A stretch of 60,141 nucleotides of DNA, the filler included, from Basidiobolus meristosporus CBS 931.73 (taxonomy: Eukaryota; Fungi; Basidiobolomycota): the NCBI GenBank assembly GCA_002104905.1. It is 3 parts of 3 records of this genome, joined end to end, with 100 filler letters (N's around TTAATTAATTAA, not from the genome) between each part and the next. Parts side by side here need not be neighbours in the genome. Positions count along the whole stretch, not along the records: positions 45,813 to 60,141 come from MCFE01001180.1; 2 more parts are not named here. One strand, written 5' to 3'. Made by a program: the position numbers and the translations under genes. Under the pieces are notes generated by a model. It was not told where the DNA came from. It saw only the letters and a program-made list of their open reading frames with translations, and made no database searches. Each line of letters begins with the position of its first letter. Within the stretch, counting starts at the first letter, position 1. Positions 49,412 to 59,671 of this stretch are shown here, piece after piece.

Positions 49412-50683
49412 ATGGTCCCCATACCAAGCCTCAACTCATCTTTAGTACAACCCAGACAAAACCCATCCCCCAGCTCACTAGCGTGGTCCGGACCAGAGAA
49501 GTCAATGTCGGATCTGTTCGAGTTCTTGCCAAATGATTTTAGTATGGCCCAAGTGTCTATGATGAGCCTTCATACAGATATTTGGGCACTACTGATTAAT
49601 CTAGCAGAACTAGATACCTCAGAGAGTCAACAAAGATGGAAGAATTTGAGTAGAAAGCTGTGGCATGAGTTCTTCATCAAGATGCCAGCCGATGTATGTA
49701 AAAAGATATATAACAAGACAAGTATTGAAATCAAGAATGAGCTGAGAGTGAGGGGATTTGACGAGGAAGCCACGCGGGAACAATTTCGCGCTCAATTTGC
49801 GCAGTATGGGCCGGACGCGTCCGTTTGTGCCTCAACTTTGGGAACCAAAGAGATTTTGAATGAGTTTTTGCCTCAAATGACTAATGTACTACGTGATATA
49901 TTAGTAGAGCTAAGTGGCTTCCGAGAGCAATATACACAGGACTCATCCAGGCAACAGCTCCAAAGTATCAGACAGAGGGTAAGTGAATACCTTGAGGAAT
50001 CAGATGGTGAGCTTCAGGAGGAAGAATACAGACCGCAAGCAACATTGTCCAGATCGCGCCAGCACGCCTCGCTGGATTCCATACCATCTCTTGCAACCAC
50101 AGCGCGCCAGCGCACGTCAGTCCAGACCGCGCCAACACCCTTTACCAGAACGCCCCGTGTCAAGTCAATGCGCATTGAGTCAACGCGCATTGGGTCAACG
50201 CGCGCGCTTCAGAGCAAAACTACCAGAACTCGCCAAACTGCTCATTTAGACACAAGTCCATTGGAGCGGACCGAGTTGCGTCAACATGCGGCATCACATC
50301 AAACTCAGCCAAGGGCCATCTCAACGCGTCAAGGCGCGCCTGCGCGTGCCGTTTCGCCTGACCATCAGCAAGTTACTTCTGGTGAACTGACTGATGATGA
50401 CCAACATGAAGTGACTCAGCCACCAGAGCCCTTGGCAAGTAAAAGAATGCGTCAGCGCGTGGCACTACAGGCCAGTTCAGTTGGTTCAGTTGGTTTAGTC
50501 GGAGCAATTCAGCGCGGCCAAGCTGCAGCATTGCACTCATCAACTAGGAGTCAAAATACTGACTACGAATACACAAGTAGCCAAGATGATAGTCAGCCAG
50601 GAAGTAGTATAGGTGTGCAAAGTGAGTCACTACCAAATGCTTCAGTAGTAATCCCTGTGAGAAAAAAACCCAGGAGAAGATGA
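49412..50683 (+). CDS. PHIS ORF2 (423 aa), unknown; helical N-terminal half and S/T/Q/R-rich disordered C-terminal half ending RKKPRRR
   Basis: Open frame with decayed homologs in three other copies. WALL..QRWKNLSRKLW is reminiscent of Myb/SANT/trihelix partner proteins (unverified). Basic C-terminal NLS-like tail. Confidence 0.75.
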   Translation: MVPIPSLNSSLVQPRQNPSPSSLAWSGPEKSMSDLFEFLPNDFSMAQVSMMSLHTDIWALLINLAELDTSESQQRWKNLSRKLWHEFFIKMPADVCKKIYNKTSIEIKNELRVRGFDEEATREQFRAQFAQYGPDASVCASTLGTKEILNEFLPQMTNVLRDILVELSGFREQYTQDSSRQQLQSIRQRVSEYLEESDGELQEEEYRPQATLSRSRQHASLDSIPSLATTARQRTSVQTAPTPFTRTPRVKSMRIESTRIGSTRALQSKTTRTRQTAHLDTSPLERTELRQHAASHQTQPRAISTRQGAPARAVSPDHQQVTSGELTDDDQHEVTQPPEPLASKRMRQRVALQASSVGSVGLVGAIQRGQAAALHSSTRSQNTDYEYTSSQDDSQPGSSIGVQSESLPNASVVIPVRKKPRRR

Positions 50684-52333
50684 TGCGATCGCTTTGAATC
50701 GCTCACATTTGTAATGATCCCGACAACCCTTTTTTTTTGCGATCCGAATCGAGCCATCGCAAATCAGTGATCATCAAATTTTTGATATAAGTAATATCAA
50801 GGTTGTCTCACATTTGAGACAGAACCCCTATAAATAAACACCCTGCATATATATACGTCATCTGTAATACCAGTGCAGCTATTGGATCTGTTTCGCACCT
50901 ACACGATCGCTTGCGTGCTAGCTATGACACCTTGCCCAATCACTAGGATCAGGGATTTACTTGCTAAATGGGCAAAATGGGATATTTGATGGCAAATCAG
51001 GTAGCTTTTTCAGTAGTCAATGAGCCAATTGGGGGCTGCCAGCTTCAGGATACTTTTGGACCAATTAACCACTGAGATACCGTCCAATTGGAGTGAGGGT
51101 AACCAAAATGGTAAGTATCAGTGTAGTTTATAGTGTGATACACATTTATTTCCATTTACATTAAAGAAACATATCCAAATACCGGATTTTACCTGCCATT
51201 ATAGCGGTATCCGATTGCGCACGTGATGCAAGCATTACAAGTTGGCGCAATCATCCGCGCCAACCTCATCGTGTCAGATTGTGCCATAGTGTGCGAGATC
51301 GTCCCGCATAGTGCAAAATCGTCCAAGAACAATCCTGCCTTCTGGTAGCTATAATATTGCGCCCGATTGTTCTTTGCAACCGCGGATTGCGCCGCGCGCC
51401 CTGGCACGGTACGATGGAACAAGTCTATTATCTGCTCATCCTGTTTCTGGACTATTTCCTGATTTCTCTGGCACATTGCATCTATCCTATCAGCCACTGC
51501 ACCTAATTGCTTCATTGATGCTTTGGTGTGAGCTGACAACATACTTGCTAATATAGGTGGTGGTGATATTATGACAGACACTTGCTGGTCTTCAACTGAG
51601 CATACTGAGTTTGCTGCATTCTCATCTGCCTGGCATAACAGTCAGCTTGTGGCTCTACAGAGGTTCTCAATTGCCTACTTGACTGAGAGCCTGAGGAGTC
51701 TGCATTATTACCTTCAGTGGTAAACTGTCAACATGTCCTTTTTTGGATGTAGCCCTGCTTGTTGCACTGAATGTCAAAGCCAGCTGTTGTTAAACCATTC
51801 TTCTGTTGCCATCAGTGGTGGGGTTTGGTTGGGAACCAGACAACTTTGCTCTATTTTCTGGCAGCATGTATATGGAAGTAAGTCCACCAAAGGGGAAATA
51901 GTGTAATACATATGTGTGTATGTGGTGCCACAACTTTATTTATAATGCTTACCATGGCAGGTCATCATTGAATCTTATATTCATGAGGTGCAATGCCTCA
52001 AATACAAGACTGTCTTAAGTTCACATGAGTATGGACCAAAAAGTGATATAATAGTATTATGTTGTTGAAGGCCAAACTGTTTGCCCTATGGACAAGACTA
52101 CTTTGACGCAACGCTGCAAGAGAAGAGAAAAAAGACCATGTGACTATTGTAGCAAGCTGCTCAACCATGAAGCATGCAGACAGCATAGGAAGTATTACAA
52201 GCATCATGGCCAGTGTTTTGCCACACAAGTCATATTTGACCATTCATAGGTCACTACTATAACAACATTATCTTGCCAGCCAGTTGATACTTCTATATTG
52301 GCACCTGGCTGTCTTTGTCACCTTGCATAAACA

Positions 52334-55300
52334 AGACTTGCTCCATCATACCATGCCAGGGTGCACGGAGCAATCTGTGGTCTCTAAGAACAATTGGGTG
52401 CAATATTATAGCTACCAGTAAGCAGGATTGCTCTTGGACAACTTTGCACCATGTGGGATGATCTTGCACACTATGGCACAATCTGACACAATGAGGTTGG
52501 CATGGATGATTGTGCCAGCTTGTAATGTTTGCATCATGTGCGCAATTGAATACTGCTATTATGGTAGGTAAAATCTGGTATTTGGATGTGTTTCTTTGAT
52601 GTAAATGGAAATAAATGCATATCACACTATAAACTACAGAGATACTTACCATTTGGTTACCACCACTCCAATTGGATGGTATCTCAGCGGTTAATCAGTC
52701 CAAAAGTATCCTGAAGCTGTCAGCCCCCAATTGGCTCTTTAACCAATACACAGGCTACCTGCTTTGTCATCAAATATCCCATTCTGCCCATTGAGCAAGT
52801 AAATCCATGATGCCAGTGATTGGACAAGATGTCATAGCTAGCAAGCAACAATTGAACAGGTGCAAAATAGATCAAATGTCTGCACTAGTGTAATAGATGG
52901 TGTATATGTACGCAGGGTGTTTGTTTATAGAGGTTCTGTCTGAAATGTGAGACAATCTTGATCCTGCTTATATCAAAAACTTAGTGATCCCTGATTTGTG
53001 GTGGCTCAAGTTGGATTGCAAAAAAAATGTATTGTTTGGATCATGACAAATAATAGCAATTCAGAGCAATTGCATCATCTTCTCCTAGGTTTTCTCTCAC
53101 AGGGATTACTACTGAATCATTTGGTAGTGATTTACTTTGCACACCTAAACTATTTCCTTGTTGACTATCCTTTTGGCTACTTGTGTATTTGTAGTCAGTA
53201 TTTTGCCTCCTAGTTGATGAGTGCAATGCTGCAGCTTGGCCACGCTTAATTGCTGTGGATGATGCTACTGAACCAGCCTGCAGTGCTATGTGCTGATGCA
53301 TTGTTATACTTGCCAAAGGCTCTGGTGGTGCTGGCACTTCATGTGGGTCATCAGCAGTCAGTTCACCAAAAGAAACTAGCTGATGGTCAGGTGTAATGGC
53401 ACACCCAGCACAATTTGATGCGCTTGCATGGCCCTTGGCTGAGTTCAATGTGATGCTGCTTGTTGATGCAACTTGGCCCACTCCAATGGACTTGTGTCTA
53501 AATGAGCAGTTTGGCAAGCTCTGGTGGTTTTGCTCTGAAGCATGCATATTGACCCAATACATGTTGACTCAATGTGGGGCACTCTTGTGAGGGGTATTGG
53601 TGTAGGTTGGACTGATGTGTGCTGGTGTGCTGAAGTTGCAAAGGATGGTAAGGAATGCAGCAAAGAGTGCTGGCGCAATCTAGACACTGTTGCTTGAGGT
53701 CTGTATTCTTCCTCTTGAAGCTCACCTTCTGATTCCTCAAGGTATTCACTTACCCTCTGTGTGATACTTTGGAACTGTTGTCTGGATGAGTCCTATGTAT
53801 TTTGCTCTTGGAAGCCACCCAGCACTACTAATATATCACGTAATACATTAGTCATTTAAGGCAAAAACTCATTCCAAATCTATTTGGTTCTCAGTGATGA
53901 GGCACAAACAGACATATCTGGCCTGTACTGTGCAAATTGCACGCAAAATTGTTCCCATGCAGCTCCCTCATCAAATCCCATCACTCTCAGCTCATTCTTA
54001 ATTTCAATACCTGTCTTGTTATATATCTTCTCACATACATCCACTGGCATCTTAATGTAGAACTTGTGCCACAGCTTTCTACTCAGGTTCTTCCATCTCT
54101 GTTAACTCTCTGAGGTATTTAGTTCTTCTAGGTCAATGAGTAGTGCCCAAATATCTGTATGAAGGCTCATCATAGACACTTGGGCCATGCTAAAATCATT
54201 TGGCAGGAACTCAAACAGATCCAACATTGACTTCCCTGATCTGGACCATGCTTTTGAGCTGGGAATGGGTTTTGTCTGGGTTGTACTAAAGATGAGTTAA
54301 GACTTGGTATAGGAACCATAGTGATAGATTTGGATACTAGTATAGTATTGTATTGGCATCAACCTGGTCTTATATGAAATATATATGAAAACTAATGTGA
54401 TTGTTGAGTTTTCCATAAATTAGGCTTGATGCATCTAGGATTGCATTGACATGGATTGGATCCCATCAATTGTAGATTTCCTATTTGATTACAGACTTGG
54501 GAGTAAAGCATCAGTAAAAATACTAAGTTGTTGTTTGAGGATGATTTTTGTGACATAATGATGGGATACATGTCAATTGATGAAGATTTAATCATGATGC
54601 ATGGAAAATCAGATAAATATAGTAGATTGCACCAAATTGAATCAATACGTCTCAGCCCAATCACCTACCAACTTTAATATGACTTACTCATCTGAATGGT
54701 CTTTTCTCATCAATCCCATCACTACCACTGAATTTCCCATTGACACACTAAAGGAGATCTATACCAAGTACTATGGGCCATCTACCCCAATCTACTCAAG
54801 GAGATCCCTTGTTAAGCTTCTCTGCTATTACAAGATATATTGCCCCACAAGGTTTCATCCCACCATCCATGGCAACAAAAGTCCTAGAAGCTTTCATTTG
54901 CAGCTGACAGCAATGGAGAACCACCTTGCAGAGGGTATGAATGACTTAGAGCAAGCTTGGAATACTTGGTTCAGAAGCTCCAATAAACTTCCATATCCCA
55001 GAGTGTTCAGCAACAGGTTTCATATAAGGAGTATCTTGGATACCCTCCCAGTCAGGATCAACAGACCTTCTAGAGGACAGAGGCACTTTTATTCTGTCAA
55101 GTACAAGGCACACTGTGTGAAGTTTCAAGTACTGTCTGACATTGAGGGTAACATCATCTGGTTTAGTGGACTACTTGCTGGGAGTAGGCATGACAAAGTA
55201 CTCTGGGTAGAGAATCATCCAGAATTCAGTAGAGGGGAGAAATTTATGGCAGTCTTAGCTTATATAGGAGGGGATTATTGGAGATTAGGATGTATTACAG

Positions 55301-55746
55301 CATATAGGAAGCCAATAAATGGTGTGCTTAGCAGGAAGCAGAAGCTCTAAAATGAGATATTTAATCATTTCAGAGTCAGGGTAGAGCATACATTTGGATA
55401 TCTGAAGAGATTCCCCATATTGGCTGGTAAATACAGAGGAAAGTCACATACAGGAGAAAACAGCACAATAGGTAAAATAGTTAAGATACTTATTAATGCA
55501 CAGTATATTCATACAAGAAGACATCCACTGAGAGAAATATGTCTGGAGCATTATGAAGAGTAAATAAAGCAAGGAAAGCACTATTCTGAGAAACATAAGT
55601 AAGATTAAATAAAATTACCAGTAACTATATCCTATCACTGGCATTATGGTAGAAGTTATAGTGCCAGATGGTGCTGTAGAGTGCCAGATCAATCCAGCAC
55701 TATACACAGGCTGGCACTATGTGGCACTATCCAATGGAACAAGTCT
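52334..55746 (-). mobile_element. Older full-length PHIS copy, inverted relative to 47985-51426 (3413 bp)
   Basis: AGACTTGCTCCATC at 52334 and ..GGAACAAGTCT at 55746; flanks ACA/ACT. The uninterrupted homolog (reverse complement of 10800-10830) has a single ACT. ORF2 remnant at about 53080-54320 (minus); transposase at 54679-55563 (plus) with a stop at 55348. Confidence 0.92.
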
Positions 55747-57164
55747 ACTGAGTCAGAGGAGTTTGTGATGCCTTTGGGCTCTCCTCAGCCTCCTGAATAT
55801 GGCATGCAGAGTGATAGCTCTGACAAAGAAGGTTCATCAATTGATTATGAGCCTATCTCCCCTAACAACAGTACCATGTATGAGCCCAGTCAAATCCCAT
55901 ATGCAATAAGAAAACACCCATTGAAACAAATGCCAATGATACTTTATGGAGCAAAGTGAGCCCAGTAATTCATCTACTGGTGAATGATGTAATGTTATGG
56001 CTAGAGAAGTGGTGCGTGTCCACTAATATCAGTAATGGGGGCTTTGAGGATTTATAACTACTTCTTGCCAAAATCATTGGGGATGCAACTTACCATTTAC
56101 ATGGTACAAGTGGACAACCCTCATGCAGCTGGTAACATATGATCCAGAGACTGTCCTGATTCCAGCATGTGTTAACAGTTGCATGGCATTTGCATCCAAA
56201 AATGCTACCATTGCAACATGTCCAAACTGACAGCAATCTACCACCATTGAGGGAAAGTATTGTTCACACTCCAGATATATTCCGGTAATACCCCATCTGA
56301 GGAAGCTGATGCAGTCCAACAAATATTGCAAAGCTATAGAGTATGGCACTCAGTATTAGTCAAGCGCAAACATATATGATATATTTGATGGCAAATATTA
56401 CAAACAGCTAAGAAGCAAGGGCTACTTTGAAGGTATGTATGACCATGGGTTTGCCTTATCACTTGATGGACTCTCATTAAACAAGTACTCTACCAGCAAA
56501 TCCTGCTGGCCACTGATTCTCATCAATCTGATTCTGCCACCCATCTTATGGTTTTAGAGCAATAATCTGATTGTAGACTCACTGGTATCTGGGCCTAAAT
56601 CACCGTCCAACATGTATAGCTACAGGTATCCTTTGCTGGATGAATTTTGTATGCTTTCCAGCAGGATAACAGTCAATGGTTGTCATGTAAAGGCACATAT
56701 TTTATCTGCATTGGTGATGCCCCAGCCATAAGCAAGAGAGCAGGTTTATCCAGGCACAATGGACAGTATTGCTGTCAAATGTGTGAGATCCAGGTGATTT
56801 ACTCCATAACTCACACGCATTATTTTTGCCAAAACACCAGCACTAAGAACATCATCTTTCCACAGAGAGAACATACAGAAGTCAGCATGCAATTGCAGCA
56901 AAGTTGGCAAGCTATAAGCCATTGGCTAGAATATGGAATTAATTGGAAACCAGAGATACTTAAGATAGAGGGTATCTGTTGGAGTAAAGCTTTCCACTGG
57001 GAGTAATGCATTTTCTTTTCAGCAATATCCCCATACTAATGAACAAGTTGTACATGAGGTATTTGAAGCTATATGAGCCCTTTGAGATACCAGAGAAATT
57101 TGAAAGAATTGGCAAGATATTACAGAGTATCCACTACCCTAATTACTACTCATGGGCTGCAATC

Positions 57165-59245
57165 TGTTGTAAAAATTTGTAATTCCACCTAAATATTCAC
57201 CTAACTTAGTCACTTAGATCATAACCCTCAAATCCTAGAGAATACTGACCAAATTCCTTGTTGGGATTTACTTAGAATATTTTCACCAAAATACCAGGTA
57301 CCCAGAACATAAAAATTCTCAAAGTTGCCCAAACAGCCCCAAACTTTGCACACATGTTCTTGGGACCTTCCTTAGCCTATTCTTTGTGTTTGCAATGCCA
57401 AGACCAGGTAAAAGTATAAATACTACTTCTACATTCAATTAATCATTAAGTGAAAACCACATAATCTACTTGTTCTCCAAGTCATTTCCAATATCTCCAA
57501 GACTCTTACAACAGGTTATGAGCCCCAAGCTGTCACTCTCTGCAATGTCTACTACTGCTATTACTGGAATTTTTCCCTCTGCTGAAAAGTTGGATGGCTC
57601 TAACTACCAAGTGTAGAAGGTGAAGATGAAGATGCTGCTACAAAAAAGAGGCCTTTAGGATATTTTCATGGGAGAAGAATGCCCTCCTAAAAACGTGGGA
57701 GAGGAAGCCTTGAAGTACCAGAAGAAAGAACAAAGTGCCTTTAACTGCATTTGCCTTAATGTTTAAGACAAATTGCTAATTCAATGCTCAAGAGCAAAAA
57801 CGGCAAAGAATGCCTGGAAGGCATTAGAAGACACCTACCAGTCATGTTCAGCTGCCAAGAAAATGTATCTGAGACAAAAATTCTTGACTACAAAGATGCT
57901 GCCAGGAGAAGAAATGAAAAATCTAATTAGCAGAATTACCCTGCTGGTAGTTGAGATGGAATCTGTGGGCGTACCAACTACTGATGAGGATGTGATAGTT
58001 ACCATCCTGAATAGCCTGACAGACAAGTTTCAGGGCCTTGTATCAGCCCTAGAGTCCAGAACTGAAGATTTGACCTTAAATTACGTATATGGAAGGCTCC
58101 TGGATGAAGAATAAAGAAAATCAAGCACCAATAAGAAGCAAGAAGAAAATGCTTTAATAAGCAATGATAACCAACAAAGGAGGTACCAAAGACCCTACAA
58201 AGGCAACAGCAACCTATTTTGCAACTACTGCAAAAGGAAAGGACACACATCAGACTGGTGTCTCAAAAAGAAAGATAATCAGCAAAAGAAGCCTGAATAT
58301 GGAAATGCTACAACAACTTAAGATAGACTATTCATATCTTCACTAAATATGACCACAAACAAGGATTCTCAGACGTGGTGTATTGGCTCTGGAGCATCTC
58401 AACACTATACACACCAAAAAGAACTTTTTACTCAATATCAAGAAATTCCAATTAAGAAGGTTTTCATGGGTGATGATAGAACACTTGATGCAGTGGGAAA
58501 AGGAACTATCCAAGTAAACCTAAGAAGCCGTGAAGGAAGCCATACACTGACCTTTAAAGAAGTACTCTATGTACCAGAAATAGCCAAGAACCTACTCTCT
58601 GTAAGCAAGGCCACAGCAGAAGGACTAAGTTACAGTTTTGACAATTCTGGATGCAGGATCACTGATCAAAATGGTGCCCATATTGCTTTGGGCATCAGAG
58701 ATCAGAATCTATACAAGTTGACTTATATTCCATCATATTTGGAAGCCAATATAAGTAACTTAAATGAAGAAACACCAATGCTTTGGCACAGGAGATTTGG
58801 GCACATCAATTTTGATTATTTGCGCAAAATGATCAAGGATCAGCTAATTTCTGGAGTAAAAATTGATCACCCAACTAATTTGAAGCACTGTGAAGCCTGC
58901 ATATATGGGAAACAAGCCAGACAACTGTTCAAGAGCTCTGGGTTAATCAAAATTAAGCAAAAATTAGATCTATTCACTCAGATCTGTGTGAACCTATGCA
59001 AAATTTATCCTTAGGTGGGATGAAGTATTTAATCACTTTTATTGATGATTATACAAGATACACATGGGTCTACTTCATGAAGAGAAAGGAAGAAGCTCTG
59101 TCTAAGTTCAGGGAGCTTAAAGCCATGGTGGAGAGAGAAACTGGTGAAAAAATCATGAACATACGCTCTGACAGTGGTGAAGAATATACCTTAAAGCTCT
59201 TCATCCACTTCTGCAAAATTCATGGGATAAAGCAAGAGACTACTG
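57165..59245 (+). mobile_element. Copia family-1 5' portion (LTR 57165-57513, PBS 57514-57525, gag, PR, IN start), cut by a gypsy LTR
   Basis: TG..CA LTR of 349 bp; GGTTATGAGCCC; gag from ATG 57545 with several stops; WCIGSGASQH, LWHRRFGH..CEAC and SDSGEEY. Confidence 0.92.
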
Positions 59246-59630
59246 TGTGAGTACTCAATGTAGTACCCACTCTTTGCCCAAGAGTTCTCCAAGAGTTCCC
59301 TCCAGAGTCCTACCCAAAGTCCTCCAGTACCCCCCTATGATTCCCCCACGCGTCCTCCCCTCCTATCCCTGCCCTTATCTAGTTAGAACACTTACCATAA
59401 CAGGAAGGTGCTCACACCCTATTTTATAACACATTGTCTATTGTCTAAGCCCCCCCCAAGTGATATATATATCTACCCAATTGAACCAGGAAGAACAACA
59501 AGATTTGGACGAAATAAACAGAAGTCTTTATTACCTTGCTACCTTCTATTGGAAGCTATTCTGAACCAAGTGGTACTGACTTGACCTACAAGCTCTCCCA
59601 CTCACCAAGTACAGTCAGTAATAACCCACA
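59246..59630 (+). repeat. Probable 5' LTR of a further gypsy element
   Basis: TGTGAG...CCCACA, starting where copia IN homology stops; followed by TATT and TGGTGCCGTCTC, a tRNA 3'-end type PBS that may be His. Confidence 0.6.
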
Positions 59631-59671
59631 TATTTGGTGCCGTCTCTGCGGAAATAAGCACAAGTGAGGTA

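Larger units (their letters stand above)
47985..51426 (+). mobile_element. Young, full-length PHIS (PIF/Harbinger-superfamily, Pangu-like) transposon, 3442 bp
   Basis: 11-bp perfect TIR AGACTTGTTCC, plus GTGCCA at offsets 20-25 on both ends; TSD ATT/ATT. Removing the element restores the host frame DEQIIHVEQ. Confidence 0.95.
46026..57164 (+). mobile_element. CMC/EnSpm-like element, copy 2 (inverted relative to copy 1; holds two PHIS insertions; cut by a copia at 57165)
   Basis: Terminus CCCTATGAGAAAT at 46026; accessory gene on minus, about 51870 to 46440; transposase on plus from 52088 (CDYCSKLLNHEACRQH zinc-finger-like start) through 55747-57164 (LSLDGLSLNKYSTSKSCWPLILINL). Confidence 0.82.

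Noticed and set aside
52084-52090. CCCTATG as another CMC terminus
   Set aside because: Only 7 bp match, it overlaps the transposase ATG, and homology to copy 1 continues on both sides.
57600-58350. Classical CpA-type RIP (TGG>TAG and CAA>TAA stops)
   Set aside because: A few stops fit, but aligned copies are dominated by CpG changes and CA/TG remain abundant; a formal RIP index would be needed.
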